Shown here: positions 38,618 to 58,451 of the stretch, piece by piece | Numbering within the stretch: the first letter of the stretch is position 1 | Layout of the letters: each line of letters begins with the position of its first letter | DNA from: the human T2T-CHM13v2.0 reference genome, Homo sapiens | Direction: 5' to 3' (one strand) | Assembly (NCBI RefSeq): GCF_009914755.1 | Contig: NC_060931.1 | DNA: 64,000 nucleotides | Notes under the pieces: model-generated | Seen by the model: the letters and a program-made list of their open reading frames with translations, nothing else | What the model was told of the DNA's origin: nothing | Database searches by the model: none | Program-made: the position numbers and the translations under genes

Positions 38618-38924
38618 AAACCCTCTAACAGGGGTAGTCAGACACCCTATACTGGCATCAGGTTTGTTCCCCTTGAGGTCAGAGATCTCAGAAAAAGAAG
38701 CAGGCACCCATCTTTGCTGTTCTGCAGCCTCCCTGAGTGACATCTCCAGGCGCAGGAGTGAACCAGATGAATAGGGCCTGAAGTGAACTAGCAAACCACA
38801 GCAGCCCTACAGAAGAGGGGCCTGACGATTGAAAGAAAAACAAACAGAACGCAACAACAACAGCATCATCAACAACAATAAAGACCCCACAAAAACCCCA
38901 TCCAAGGGTTAGCACCCTCAACGT
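38618..38924 (+). repeat. ~305-bp copy of an L1PA 5'UTR segment (donor 41008-41325), inserted in a MIR
   Basis: About 15 mismatches over a ~274-bp core versus the donor. No tail, no TSD. MIR-like sequence continues at 38925-39110. Confidence 0.93.
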
Positions 38925-39274
38925 GAGTAAATAAATTGTATGTGAACAAATTACTAAGTCTTTCAATGTCTCCACTTCCTTATTTTATAGTCAGGCCAAT
39001 AGCAAAATGAATCTCATATAACCTCAGGTGGAAACATTAAGGTGATAAATGGAAGGGACTTTAGCACAGTGTCCTGTTTACAGTCATCTTGAAACAAAAT
39101 TGCTAACTTTTGTTATGGGTTGGTATTCTAACATTAACCATGGAGATGTACCTCATTTAGCTATTAGTGTTCACTTCTACACTATAGCACTTAAAATTAG
39201 AATAATTAAAACATCTTCTGATAACTCTTTTTTCACATCACAAACTTTGTTGGCACAATAGAAATCTTTGTGCT

Positions 39275-39994
39275 TCAGTGAAATACCATCTCACATGGTT
39301 CAGAAGGTCTACTATTAAACAGTCAAAGAGAATACATGCTGGAAAGGCTGCTGAGAAAAGGGAACACTTATACACTGTTGATGGGAATGTGAATTAGCTC
39401 ACCCTCTGTGGAAAGCAGGTTGGAGATTTCTCAAATAACTTGAAACAGATCTACCGTTCAACCCAGCAATGCCTTTAGTGGTTATGTACCCAGAAGAAAA
39501 TAAATCATTCTACCAAAAAGACATATGCTGTCATATTTTCATCACAGCACTATTCTCAGTAACAAAGACATGGAATAAACCTAGGTGCCCATCAGTGGTG
39601 AGTTGCATAAAGAAAATGTGGTACATATACACCATGGAATATTATACACCCATACAAAGAACAAAATCTTGTCCTTTGCAGCAACATGAATGCAGCTGGA
39701 GGCCATTACCCCAAGCGAATTAACTCAGGAACAGAAAACCAAATGCGGCATGTTCTCACAAGTAGGAGCTAAACATTCAATACACATGGGCAAAGAGGAG
39801 AACAATAACAGTGGAGACAACAAGAAGAGGAAGAGTGGGAGGGGAACAAAAACTGAAAAACAACTGGTTGGGTACTATGTTACTTGAGTGGCAGGATCAT
39901 TTGTACCCCAAATCTCAGCATCATGCACTATACCTATGTAACAAATTTGCACATGCGCATCCTGAATCTAATATAAAAGTTGAAATTTAAAAAT
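39275..39994 (+). mobile_element. 5'-truncated L1PA15/16-like 3' end
   Basis: Peptide KKMWYIYTMEYY and an L1PA 3'UTR. Degenerate TSD AAATCTTTGTGCT (39262-39274) / AAATTTTTATGCT (39995-40007). Confidence 0.9.
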
Positions 39995-40041
39995 AAATTT
40001 TTATGCTAAGCATTTCACTTCATTATGGCTTAAGTAAATTA

Positions 40042-41900
40042 GGAGGCAAGGCCAAGATGGTCAATCAGAAACAGCTACTTTTGGAGGCTCACATTGAAAA
40101 GAACCATAATAAGAATGTGAATCCTTCACCAGGAACCAAGGTGTCCAGATTCTCTCATCAGAACTGACTAGGAGGCTGGTGAGATCATTGGAGATGAAGG
40201 AAGAACAGTGCTGTGTGGCAGCCCACCTGAAAGCCACACAGGGCAGGGGAGCCTTCTCCCCCGAGCCAAGGGAGGCAGTGAGTAAGCATGCTACCCAGCT
40301 GGAGAAATCATGCTTTTTCCACGGAACTGTACAACCCACGGATCGGAAGATCCCACTCACTAACCTGTGCCAATGGGGCCTAGCATCCCAACCCCAGAGC
40401 CTTGCAGATTCTCAACAGCCTCTCAGCTGGAATCTGCTTAAGCCTACCAAGCTCCCGGGAGGAGGAGTGACCACCACCTACTGTGACTGCCTGCTGTCTA
40501 AGCCCTTTGAGCTCCTTGTGGGAGGGGCAGCAGCCAGCACTGGGACTCAAAACTGCCTAACACTCTAAGCTCCTTGGATAGGGGAAAGGTGGCATCCATA
40601 TCTATAGATCCAAGCTCCACTTTTCCCCTGCTGGAGCCAGGGAGGCTGGACGTCCTGGTTCCAACAGGTGTCCCCCATAGCCCAACACACCCGCTGTGGC
40701 CCACTGCAACCAGAGTGACTCTTCAGGACTGATCCTGACCCATCCTTCCTCATTGGGCGGGGCTTCCCTGCAGGAACTCCGATAATTCCAGCCAGAGGTT
40801 CAGGGGCAGAACCTGGATCTCCTTGGCCCTGAACCTCTAGGGGGAAGCATGGCCACAGCCTCTGCAGACCAGCAGACTTAGCCTTTCCCCATGGTAGTTC
40901 TGAGGAATCTGGGCAGCTCAGACAAGTGGAAGCACACCCCTTCCACCAAGGAACAGACAAAGCGCTTCCTTAAACGGGTCCTGTTCCCTGTGCCACCCAA
41001 CTGGGTGAAACCCTCTAACGAGTGGTCAGACACCTATACAGGAGTGATCCTACTGGCATCAGGTTTGTTCCCCTTGAGGTCAGAGATCTCAGAGGAAGGA
41101 GCAGGCACCCATCTTTGCTGTTCTCCAGCCTCCCTGAGTGACATCTCCAGGCGCGGGAGTGAACCAGATGAATGGGGCCTGCAGTGAACTAGCAAACCAC
41201 AGCAGCCCTTCAGAAGAGGGACCTGACCATTGAAAGAAAAACAAACAGAAAGCAACAACAACAGCATCATCAACAACAATAAAGCCCACACAAAAACCCC
41301 ATCCAAGGGTTAGCATCCTCAAAGTCAAAACTAGACAAACTCACGAACATGAGAAAGAGTCAACTAAAATAACACTGAAAACCCCAAAAGCCGGAGTGCC
41401 TCTTCTCCAGCGTCTCTCCAGCAAGGGCACAGAACTGGATGGAGGATGAGGCAGATGAATTGATGGAAGTAGGTTTCAGAAGACGGGTAATAAAAACTAC
41501 ACTGAGCTAAAAGAGAATATTCTAACCAAATGCAAAGAAGCTAAGAACCTTGATAAGAGGTTGCAGGAGGTGCCAACTAGAATAATCAGTTTAGAGAGGA
41601 ACATAAATGACCTGATGGAGCTGAAAAACACAGTGTGAGAACTCTGTGAAGCATACACAAATATCAATAGCTGAATCAACCAAGTGGAAGAAGGGCTATC
41701 AGAGTCTGAACACCAGCTTGCTGAAATAAGGCATGCAGACAAGACTAGATAAAAAATAATAAAAAGGTACGAACAAACCCTCCAAGAAATATGGGACTTC
41801 ATAAAAAGACCAAACCTACAATTGACTGGAGTAACTGAAGGAGACAGGGAGAATGGAAACAAGCTGGAAAACACACTTCAGGATATTATCCAGGAGAACT
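40042..41900 (+). mobile_element. L1PA (L1PA8-12-like) 5'UTR and first half of ORF1, 3' part missing
   Basis: 5' end GGCCAAGATGG, GC-rich 5'UTR and ORF1 ATG at ~41349. Stops abruptly at GGATATTATCCAGGAGAACT. Confidence 0.9.
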
Positions 41901-41910
41901 ACCAAATGGT

Positions 41911-47490
<5,580 letters not shown>

Positions 47491-47525
47491 TCTTAAATGA
47501 CTGCTTTGTGTTAAACTATACATAC

Positions 47526-47832
47526 CTGTACTGTCCAATACAGTAGCCATTAGTCTCATGCAACTACTGAACACTTGAAATATGAAAAGCCAGATTGAGA
47601 TGTGTTGTTATTGTGATATACACAGCTGATTGCAAAGACTTCAGTATGAAAAATGTAAAACAACTCATAAATAATATGTATATAGGTCACATGTCAAAGT
47701 AATTTTTTGTATATATTGGGTTACAGAAAATATGTTATATGTATTTCACTTTTTAAAAACTTTTCCACGTGTCTACTAGACAATTTAAAATTGTATAAGA
47801 GACTTACACTATATTAATATTAGACAAAGCTG
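47526..47832 (-). mobile_element. MER33 (hAT-Charlie MITE)
   Basis: CTGTACTGTCCAATACAGTAGCCA...CACTTGAAAT...TTGAGATGTG...TATTAGACAAAGCTG with matching termini. Confidence 0.85.
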
Positions 47833-48329
47833 AGACACAGATATCAAAATTCATATACTTTGCTTTCAAAAAGTGACAACTCTTTCTAATTTCTAATGCT
47901 TTGCCCACATGACCTCAATACTGAAAGCTCACAACTGCCTAATTATAGAGTACTTAGTGTATATTTATTTTTATTTTACAAACTAGTTAGGTGAGGCTCA
48001 AAATGGTTAATTTTTTTCAGTGTTTTACAGCTGTAAACATGGGAGAACTTTAAACCTTGACCCAGGGAGCAGTCAAAGGCGTTGTTTTCCTCCTTGTGTC
48101 TCTAGAAAGGGCATAACCTAAGATTAAAAATAACCAAAATACAAGGCAAAAGATTTTGGCACAGAGTAAGTTCAAGACTGCTTCCTGGAGAAAGTTTTAG
48201 CACTACCTACAGTCCACTGTATGCAGAATTGAAAGGCTATTTGGGCAATGATACAAATCTGTTGCTTCATATTTTTAAACTAAAAGTCAACTTGTTATCT
48301 GCATATCTGGTTTTTGATAATATCCTTAT

Positions 48330-48610
48330 GCCTAGGCACAGTGGCTCATGCCTATAATCTCAGCACTTTGGAAGACCAAGATGAAAGTGTGGTTTGAGCC
48401 CAGCCTGGGCAACATAGTGAGACACTGTCTCTGCAAAAAATAAAAATTAGCTGGGCATGGTGGCATGCATCTGTCATCTCAGCTATTCAGGAGGAAGGAT
48501 AGCTTAAGCCTGGGAGGTCAAGGCTTCAGTGAGCTGTGATCCTACCACTGCACTCCAGCCTGGGCAACAGAGTGTGATCCCGTCTCAAAATAATATCATT
48601 AATAATAATA
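48330..48610 (+). mobile_element. AluJ (Jo/Jr-like) with small deletions
   Basis: CTGGGCAACATAGTGAGAC and GAGGTCAAGGCTTCAGTGAGCTGTGAT. Confidence 0.9.
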
Positions 48611-48884
48611 GCTATGCATACTTGGCACCAAAATCTCACTGTTGAGCCATCTTCTGTTTCATGTTCATCAAAAGCTGTGCTGAGTTAAGAGTACGATACA
48701 CTATACTTCAACTCTTTTAGAATCTCAAAGCTAAGACTTTGCATCACATAAGGCCACAACAATGCTGCATACTTTCATTCTGAACTTTAACTGTCCCTTG
48801 GAAAAGTTTTCAACATTTAGAAATATGTTCTTGGCTTTTGTCATAAGCACATAGAATAAATAGCCAAAATACATATTTTTACCA

Positions 48885-49625
<741 letters not shown>

Positions 49626-50250
49626 GCCAAAATTAAAAGTTCCCTGCTTTTACATTTTATAGCTGTTCATATATGTTATTCATTATGTGGTTCCATTTCC
49701 CTTATGCACAGACGTAAAATATAATTTCTGTTAAGAGTTAAGTTATAAAATTTTTGATATAATAATTACCTCCAAACCTACCTTCTAATATTATATTTTT
49801 CATGATTCTTTTCATTTTGGAACAACTGTTTCAAATATTTTTGTATATATGTGTGATTTGCAAAAATAAGAGAGTAAACAATGAAACTTAGCTGAAATGT
49901 GCTTAGTGCAATATAAGAACTACTTATAAAGGGCTATCCCTTGTAAAAGGTCGCTTTCAGTTTCATGTAAAATAAGAAGGTATTTTGGCTTGAAAGGATT
50001 ATAAAAATATAAAAAGCTCAACATTTTCTTTTTTATAGAATATATAAACATTTTTGTCACTGACTTTTTTTAATGTCAAAATAAATAGTTTCTCTAACTT
50101 CTTTCCTTCAATCTCTCATTATAGAGTATAAGATGTTTTAAGAGTATTTACTCCTATTTATACCATCTAAATTTACTCCTGCTTATACCACGGATGTTTT
50201 AAACTATGTCTATGCACCTGTGAGTATATTTTTAAACTGATGATAGGACA

Positions 50251-50794
50251 GGTATTACTTTCCCAGGGCCGCAATAAAAAATTTCTGTAAACTTGGTGGC
50301 TTAAAACAATGTAAATGTGTTCTCTTAAAGTTCTGAATGTCAGAAGTCCACAATCAAGGTTTCTGCAGGTACACTCTCTCTCTTTCTAAAGACCTGTTTT
50401 TTTTTGTCTGTTTGTTTTTTGTTGTGTTTTTGTTTTTTCTTTATTGTTGTTGTTGTTGTTCTTCCAGCTTCTGGTGGCTCCAGGCATTCCTTAGCTTGTG
50501 GCTGCAGAACCCCAAGCTTTGCCTCCATTTTCTTCAGTCCCCCAGAGCATGCCTGCAAAACTCTGCCCCCAACTTCACATGAACTTTTCACCTGTGTGTC
50601 TCTCCTCTTTGTGTTTATTATAAGGATCTTTGTCATTAGACTTAAGACCCACTCAGATAATCTAGGTTGATCTCATCTCAAAATCCTTAACTTACATCTG
50701 CAAAGATTGTTTTCCAAATACAATCACATTCACAGGTTTTCGGATTTAGGCTGTGGGCAAATCTTTTCTGGCAGCCACCATTCAACCCTCTACA
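50251..50794 (-). mobile_element. MaLR solo LTR (MLT1C-like) with internal T-rich/GTT expansion
   Basis: AAACTTGGTGGCTTAAAACAA...CTTCCAGCTTCTGGTGGCTCCAGGCATTCCTT...ATTCAACCCTCTACA. Confidence 0.85.
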
Positions 50795-50919
50795 GAACCC
50801 CACACATGAATATCCTGAATTGTAATTTCCAGGAAAAAGCCCTGACAATACATTGTATAGTGACCAATTATCACCTGGCAGAAAAGTGAAAAAGAAAGGC
50901 CTAGTACACCCACATTTCT

Positions 50920-51121
50920 ATTAGCAGCTTGACTTAGAAGTTGCTAATATCAATTCTGATCACATTTCATTGCCCGGGTCTTAGTGGTAGGAGTGTCTTA
51001 TACTCGGAAAGGGGCTGAGAAGTACCGTCTCTCACTGGGGGGGTGTCGATATGCCCAAGGATCTACTACTGACAGAAAGGAGATAATTGATAGAGGTTCA
51101 TAATTAGTGATCTCTACCACA
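50920..51121 (-). mobile_element. Old MaLR LTR fragment (MLT1K/L-like)
   Basis: CACATTTCATTGCCCGGG...GGGGCTGAGAAGT...TCTCTACCACA. Confidence 0.45.
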
Positions 51122-51332
51122 ACATACTTGCCTACTTATTTTTACAAAAGAAGATACCATAGCTTTTCAACCTGGTATCTATTCTCAAATTCTTCACTTA
51201 ATCTGCTATAACTATAACCAAATTGGTGTATCCTCTAAACTTCCAGTTCTTTTAAATATGCAAGATGAATATATTTCACCCAAGTGTGTTAATATTTATG
51301 AGCTATTGGAGGCGTTAAGAATTATGATGTAT

Positions 51333-51808
51333 TGTGAAGGTTGTCAGAATCAAAATGGAATTAAAACAATGTTAAAACAAAACAAATCTTAGCTAAACTA
51401 ATGATAATCAAACAAAGAAATCCCAAAACCCAACAAATAGAGCCAGAGGACCATGAAGAGAGTTTTCATGCTAGTATGGCTGAAAAAAAAAAATCACAAA
51501 AGATGGCAAAAACCACCACCTTGCACAAAAGCCGTCACAATCTTACACATAAAAATATTCTGAAGATATCTTAGCAACTGCCTGTCCAACCTCAGATTGG
51601 TGTCATTCTTGTATTAATCTTTTCAGACAAGGATAATCATTTCAAAATAATTAGGTAAAACTCATTTTTCCTTTAAAACTTTGTGTTTCTTCACCTCCCT
51701 TAATATGCATATAGTTTATTATTGCATGCCTATTCCTATTGCAATGTTCTGTTCCCAAATATATATATTTTTAATTTTAGAGAGCTTGCTCTGTTATTTA
51801 GCCTGACA
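51333..51808 (+). mobile_element. Solo LTR, probably ERV1 class (family not confidently named)
   Basis: TGTGAAGGTTGTCAGAATCAAAATGGA...TTATTTAGCCTGACA with TG..CA ends. Perfect 4-bp TSD GTAT (51329-51332, 51809-51812). Confidence 0.8.
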
Positions 51809-52134
51809 GTATAAAGATGCACTGTGAACTATAAAGTTCTAACTTAAATTAAAATAAGATATTATTTGAATATAGTAAAGGGAAACTATATCCTTTAAAT
51901 ACCATCATTCTAAAGCTGTCACAATTACGGTTAGGGCATTCAAAAATGATGTAAATGTTATATTCATAAATTGTCAAAAAGATAATTCAAAATAGAAATT
52001 ATTTAAAAAATTTAAAGTACAACAATATTTATATCACAATTTAGCATTGTGATTTATGCATATAATCACATGCACATACAAACACTTAGATACACATGTA
52101 TATTTTTCATGTAACATTGAATAAATTGTTTAAG

Positions 52135-52228
52135 ACAACCCTTCCATTTTCCACATGAAGAATACTGGGGTTCAGAGATACTATGTAACTTGACCAGGGT
52201 AATTTAGCTGGTCAGGAACAGAATGGAT
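52135..52228 (-). mobile_element. MIR fragment
   Basis: CCATTTTCCACATGAAGAATACTGGGGTTCAGAGA...GTAACTTGACCAGGGT. Confidence 0.65.
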
Positions 52229-52234
52229 ACTATA

Positions 52235-52957
52235 CAGTAATCCTCCCTGATATGCAGTTTTCACTTTTTGCAGTTTCAGTTACCTGCAGTCAGCCTACGT
52301 CCAGAAATATTCAATGGAAACTTCCAGAAATAAACAATAACTTTAAAATTGCAGGATGAGTAGCGTAATAAAATCTGACACCCTCCCTCTCCGTCATATT
52401 TGGGACTTGAATTATCCCTTTGTCTGGTGTATCCATGCAATATACACTACCTGCCTGTTGGTCACTTAGTAGCTGTCTTGGGTATCAGAAAGATTGTCAC
52501 AATATCACAGTGCTTGTGTTCAAGCAGCCCGTGTTTTACTTAATAATGGCCACAAAATGCAAAAGTAGTGATGCTAGCAATTTGGATATGCCAAAGAAAA
52601 GCCATAAAATGCTTCCTATAAGTGAAAGGCGAAAGTTCCCAACTTAATGAGGGAAGGAAAAAAAATCATATGCTGAGGTTGCTGAGACCCAAAGAGATAA
52701 TAAATCTTCTATCAGTGAAATTGTGAAGAAGGAGAAAAAATGTGCTAGTTTTGCTGTCACACCTGAAACTTAAAATGTTACAGCCACGGTGCATGGTAAG
52801 TAATTAGGTAAGATGGAAAAGTCATTAAATTTGTGGGTGGGAGACATGAACAGAAACATATTTCAAATGACAGCAATTGGGTTTGGTACTATCTGCAGTT
52901 TCAGGCACCCACTGGCCTCCTTGGGAGGTATCCCCTGCAAATAAAAAGAACTTCTAC
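52235..52957 (+). mobile_element. MER44C/D (Tigger7-derived DNA transposon)
   Basis: TA|CAGTAATCCTCCC...GTTTCAGTTACC. Transposase start MPKKSHKMLPISE. Right end GTTTCAGGCACCCACTGG...GTATCCCCTG. Confidence 0.88.
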
Positions 52958-54804
52958 AATCTGTATTTCATTCTAATGCCAAAGATAAAGCTAAAACATT
53001 TATTTGCACTTTATAATGATGGAGCAAAATATTATTGTATTAATGAATCTTAGATTTTATTAAAATAAGAGTAAGATTACTACAATGACTTTAATTCTAA
53101 ACATTGCCTCTTTGCTTTGAAGCAAAGATATTGAAATCTTCAGTTAAATTTAGGCAATTATGTAGGGTAAAAAAGCATGTATTTTACTATGTACCAGCTT
53201 AATTCATAATAATAAGATTTTCTAATAAAGTACATCATATAGAATTCCTAGCCTAGTGATAGGAAATGTATAATTTTATTAATTTTGTTAACTTTGCTAA
53301 ATATGAGATGCCTAAAATTGGAACCATATCTTCATATGTTGCCATTGAAATTGAAAATAAATTTGATCCCTGATGAAATATTCACATTTTGTTCAGTTCA
53401 ATGGAAATTAATATTGATTCATCATCTTTAGTACACTGGAGACCACATTAAAGTGTCAAACTACTAGCTTGTCATCTTCATTGACAATTAAATTTCCTTT
53501 AAAACAGAGATGTGGGAAATTGAATTTGTTCCTTGTAAATGGAAAAAAAAAAGATTGAATTGCATACTGATTCCCAGAATGATTGAATCCTTTCTGGATG
53601 AAACAGCATTAAATAAGATTATGAACAGGAGAGACTATTTTCTTTCTTTGATAATGTTAATGGATTGGATTTCAGAGTGATTGACAGAAGTTAAAGTTAC
53701 TCCATTGGTTGGAAAACTAAATGGTGGAGACCTTATAGAAAATTAACAATTTGTTAAAATGCCTAGATTTGTACAGAGTCTTCTCCAACTTCTGGTTTTA
53801 TAGCAGCAGAAAACCATACTAAACTCAATTCTTCAACCCTAGGTTGTACATTTGGACAGAGGAGAATAATATGCCATTGAGAAGGTTTCTGAATATTGCT
53901 TGCCCTTCCTCCTAAATCTGTAAAAGTAATGAGCAGTTCATACCTGTAATATGGTATTTCTGACTCAGTAAGCGCTTAAGGATGTTATAAGCATTCTTTG
54001 AATCCTGGGAAATATAAACATCAAGCTGGTCTTATCTGGAACCACTGAGTTCTTAAATGTGTTTGGCAAATATATATGGTAAATAGATGGGTATAATAAA
54101 AAAAGAGGATGACAAAAAAATTAAATCATTTTTATGAAATGTCTGTATATGACCAAGAAAAAAAAATCAAGCTTGGATCACTTTTGTGGAGACCATCACA
54201 ATGCAGCACAAAAGCATTGATTTGTAGTTTTCAGCAAAGTGGCTTTGACATAAAATTGTGAAATAGACACTCTTCACCTCCCTTGATAATCCTTCACTAT
54301 TTTATTATGAGTCCAATAAACTAACACTCTTTCTCCACATATACTTTTAAAATGTTTTTTAGTCATTTTGCTCCTATTGGCATGTAACTAATAACAGCTT
54401 TAAATTACACAGGAAGATTCATTTATACTCTGACACTCGAGGCCCCATGATTAATTCAATGTTAAGATACCTAGCATTATGTGTACCACAATATTCCCTA
54501 CCCTACTGTATAAATTCACAAATCTTCTCTGATAGAAAAGACTTATGCACTGATATTCGCTATCCTATAACACTCAAATGTTTAGCAAATAAACTTTTGT
54601 CTAATATTTTCTTTAAAAATGTGTGCCAATCTCATTTTTTCTTTTTGCAAACTCTTCAAATTATATTGTGTAATATATTTTTCTTAAATCATTTTCCCCT
54701 CTACTCTTCAGATTTGATAACTTACATTGATCTGTCATCCAAAACATTGACATTCCTCCAACTGAGTAAAGTCCATCTACTTCAGTTTTAAAATTTTATT
54801 CTTA

Positions 54805-55328
54805 TTTTTAAAATTTCTATTGTAAACACTTTATTGTATAAATTTTATGTGATTTGACATATATGTCATATATATGTCAATAATTTGTGTATCTACATAT
54901 ACACAAATTATTACTGCAGGTAAGAAATTCAACATATTTGTTACTTTCCATCATTACCTTTTTGTTGTTGTTGTAAGAGCACCTAAAGTCTACATCCTTG
55001 GCATATTTTTTACTATACAATGCGATATTATTAACTGTAGTATTCTTGCTGTACATTAGATCTCTAGACTACGTAATTTAAAGTTAGTGCTCTTTTATCT
55101 AATCTTTCCATTTCCTCTCATTCCCCACCTCTGATAAACACCATTCTACTCTCTGTGTTTTTGTATTTGACTTTTTTTTTTCAGGATTCCACATGTAAGT
55201 GAGATCATGATTTTTTTTTCCTGTGTCTGGCTTATGTCACTTAGCATGACATCCTCCACGTTTATTCATGTTGTTGCAAATGACAATTTCTACTTCTTTT
55301 TTAAGACTGAATAATATTCTATCATATA
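54805..55328 (-). mobile_element. L1MA9-like 3' end
   Basis: GCTGTACATTAGATCTCTAGA, ATTCCACATGTAAGTGAGATCATG and CTGAATAATATTC. Confidence 0.85.
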
Positions 55329-55344
55329 GAGTATAAAATCTAAA

Positions 55345-55982
55345 ATTCATTTTTTCACTTAATTCTTAGAACACTTTTACATTTATAGAAAATTTACAAA
55401 CATAATACCAAAGAGTCTCATATGCCCTGCACCCAGTTCCCCATAATGTGAACATCTTACATTAGTTTGACAGATTTGTCACAATTAACAAACAAATATT
55501 AATACTCAAGTATTAACTAAATTCCATATTTGATTAAGATATTCTCAGTTTTTACCTAATGTTGTTTGTTGTTGTTTTCATTCTAGGATCTCACCAAAGT
55601 TCTTGCATTGCATTTAGTCATTATATCTGCTCTTGGTTGTGACAGTTTCTTAGATCTCCCTGTTTTTGATGACCTTGACAGTTCTGAGTGATACTATTTG
55701 AATACTTTGTAGAATGTCCCTCAATTATTATTTGTCTGATATTTTGTCATGTTTATATTGGATTTATGTTTGTTTTTTGGTTGGAAGACCATAGAAGTAA
55801 GGTCAATTTTTTTCATATTATAACAAAGTAAATGCTATATACATGATTAATGGCTATTGATGTTGACCTTGATTGCCACGCTAAGGTAGTGTTTGTCAGG
55901 TACCTCCAGTGTAAAATTACTCTTTTTCCTCGCTGTCTATACTGTACTCTGTGGAAGGAGGCTACTATGTGCAACTCAAACA
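55345..55982 (-). mobile_element. L1MC3/4-like 3' end
   Basis: CACCCAGTTCCCC...AACATCTTACATTA, GATGACCTTGACAGTT, TTTGTAGAATGTCCCTCAA, GATGTTGACCTTGAT. Confidence 0.85.
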
Positions 55983-57735
55983 CAAATATACACACACACA
56001 TTAGTTTGTTTAATTTTCTGATTATTGACCATTGGAGAGCTAGCCTGGTACCCAATGGAAAAGATATTCTCCTAGAAAATGAGTTGAAACCATTTTTTTG
56101 TATTTACAAAATAATTATTATAAATAGCTTCTACATTCACGAGTGTGCTTGAAAATTGTTCTGTATAATCTTATTCTTCCATTTTCCTTTCATGTAAAAT
56201 GAAACTTTTGTCAGAGAGTATGAAAATTACCTAATGACATATTTTTCTCCTATTTCTGTAGACTTCTTAAATATTTCTAGATTATTTCCATTGTTATTTC
56301 TGGACATATATTCAGATAAGGATCACACAGTGGTTGTTGTCAATGGTTTGTATATAATCGTATAACATCTTCTGTAAAACACAATCAGAATCTTTAAGCA
56401 TAATCTATTAAAAAGAAAACAACTAAAAGTAAACAAAAGAAAAAATTATTTCCTCTTTTTTCCACATAACTTTTCTTTCAAGATTCTCAAGATTCTAAGC
56501 TGAATATGTCCGAATGAAATTACACTGACTTCCTTCTGTATCTATTTTATAACTTCATGCATCTTGAAATGCATTTTTATGTTCATTATTGAATTCATAT
56601 CCGTGAATTTTATCTACCAAATATTTTATAGAACTGAGGAAGCATAATTTTAATGCTGATATGTGAAGTAGTTATCATTAACAATATTTTTAATAATGTG
56701 TTTTTAAGGTATTCCAGTCTTCTGGCAGGATGCAATCTTTAATCCTTTGTCCTCCATGAACTTCCTCCTCAGTAAGCTTCTCTTACTTGTTAAATTCCTA
56801 TTAGGATGTCTACATGGATTCTTACAGAATGTTTTAATCACATCATTAATTAAACATCTAGACATTGATTTTACTCACTGTTTGATCTTTTACAGATCAG
56901 AACTAATTTAAAAAATTATTTCTAGAGCTACTGCATTGCTGTCTAGTGGAATAGATTTTATTGCAGATGGTCTAGAGACTTGACTGATAGATACAATCTG
57001 CCAGCATTGGCTCTTGAAGATAAGTGGTAAGGAAATAATTGCCTTCCTCCTTTAACTCTACCTCATTCACTAGCAATTCCTTATCCTGTATGAGATGACT
57101 TTACTTCCAGCTGACCTTGAGTGTATGGAAAATTTGAGAACTGCCTAGACATGGCACAAATGCAGAATACATGTAACCAATTAGTAGGAAACAAATATTA
57201 AAATATAAACAGGTAGGTGTTTAAATTAAAAAAAACAGAGAAAATCCCAAGAAATTTTTATAAATTAGAGTGAAAAAATTACCAAAAAATTTTTAATTTA
57301 TCTCTTATCCATTTGACATTATCTAAGAAAGTTTGAAGGATTTTAAAGAGGCAAGTAATGGGATTAAATCTTCACTTGGGTATGTCAGACACATCAGCCA
57401 CCCAAATGTCAGGAGTGACATTCCTAAGGTGAGATCATTGTATTTGTCTGTGGTAATTGTGCCCTTTATTCCTTCTCTTATTTCTCTCCACAATCCTTTC
57501 TTGCCAAAGCTGCTTTTATCCCCAGGGCCATGTCTTCAGTGTTCCTTCCCTCATTTTATAAGGAGAGGGTTTAGAAGATGGATCCTAGGTTCAGATGAGG
57601 ATTAATAATTGTGTTATTTTAGCATTCATTGAGAAGATGTATTTGAAAACCTCTTCCAACAGTGATATTTCATTCATTTATTACTTGAATAGTTTCAGAT
57701 AAATAATATCTGATAGAGAAACTTTTGGTAGTTTC

Positions 57736-58030
57736 CTTTTTTTTTTTTTTTGAGATGGAGTCTCACTCTGTCACCCAGGCTAGAGTGCAGTGGCGTAATC
57801 TCAGCTCACTGCAACCTCTCCTGGGTTCAAGTGATTCTCCTGCCTCAGTCTCCTGAGTATCTGGGAATACAGGCGCGCACCACCACACCCAGCTAATTTT
57901 TGTATTGTTAGTAGAGACGGGGTTTTACCATGTTGGCCAGGCTGGTCTTGACCTCCTGACCTCAGGTGATCCACCCGCCTTGGCCTCCCAAAGTGCTGGG
58001 ATTACAGGTGTGAGCCACCGCACCCAGACT
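57736..58030 (-). mobile_element. AluSx-like, full length
   Basis: Both arms, with CCTCAGGTGATCC. TSD ACTTTTGGT(AG/GC)TTTC at 57721-57735 and 58031-58045. Confidence 0.95.
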
Positions 58031-58451
58031 ACTTTTGGTGCTTTCTAATGATACTAAAAGTATAAAGAAAATTTTCTTGGAAGTATGGAAATCACTGGAC
58101 TTCTAGACAGCTTTTCTAGACAAGGAGAAGAGTTTGGGGGATGACAAATAATAGAAATTAACTTGTGCAACTCTTATTTAGGAATATAATAATGAGAGAT
58201 TAAATAATAGAAAATATGCATATGCTTAATTCATAGTTACCATCCATACTTGATTAGCCATTTGTCATATCCATAATTTGAATTTTAGTTGCTCACATAT
58301 TTGATGATCACAATGAAGCTTGATATTTTGCAATAAAAATAATAAAATTTGGGATTTAAGATTGTTCAGCTCAGTACGTTTCTTGTGGTCCCCTTTTATT
58401 CTCCTGAAACTGAGAGAATAAAAAGGGAGAACAAATAAACTTTTTAAAATC

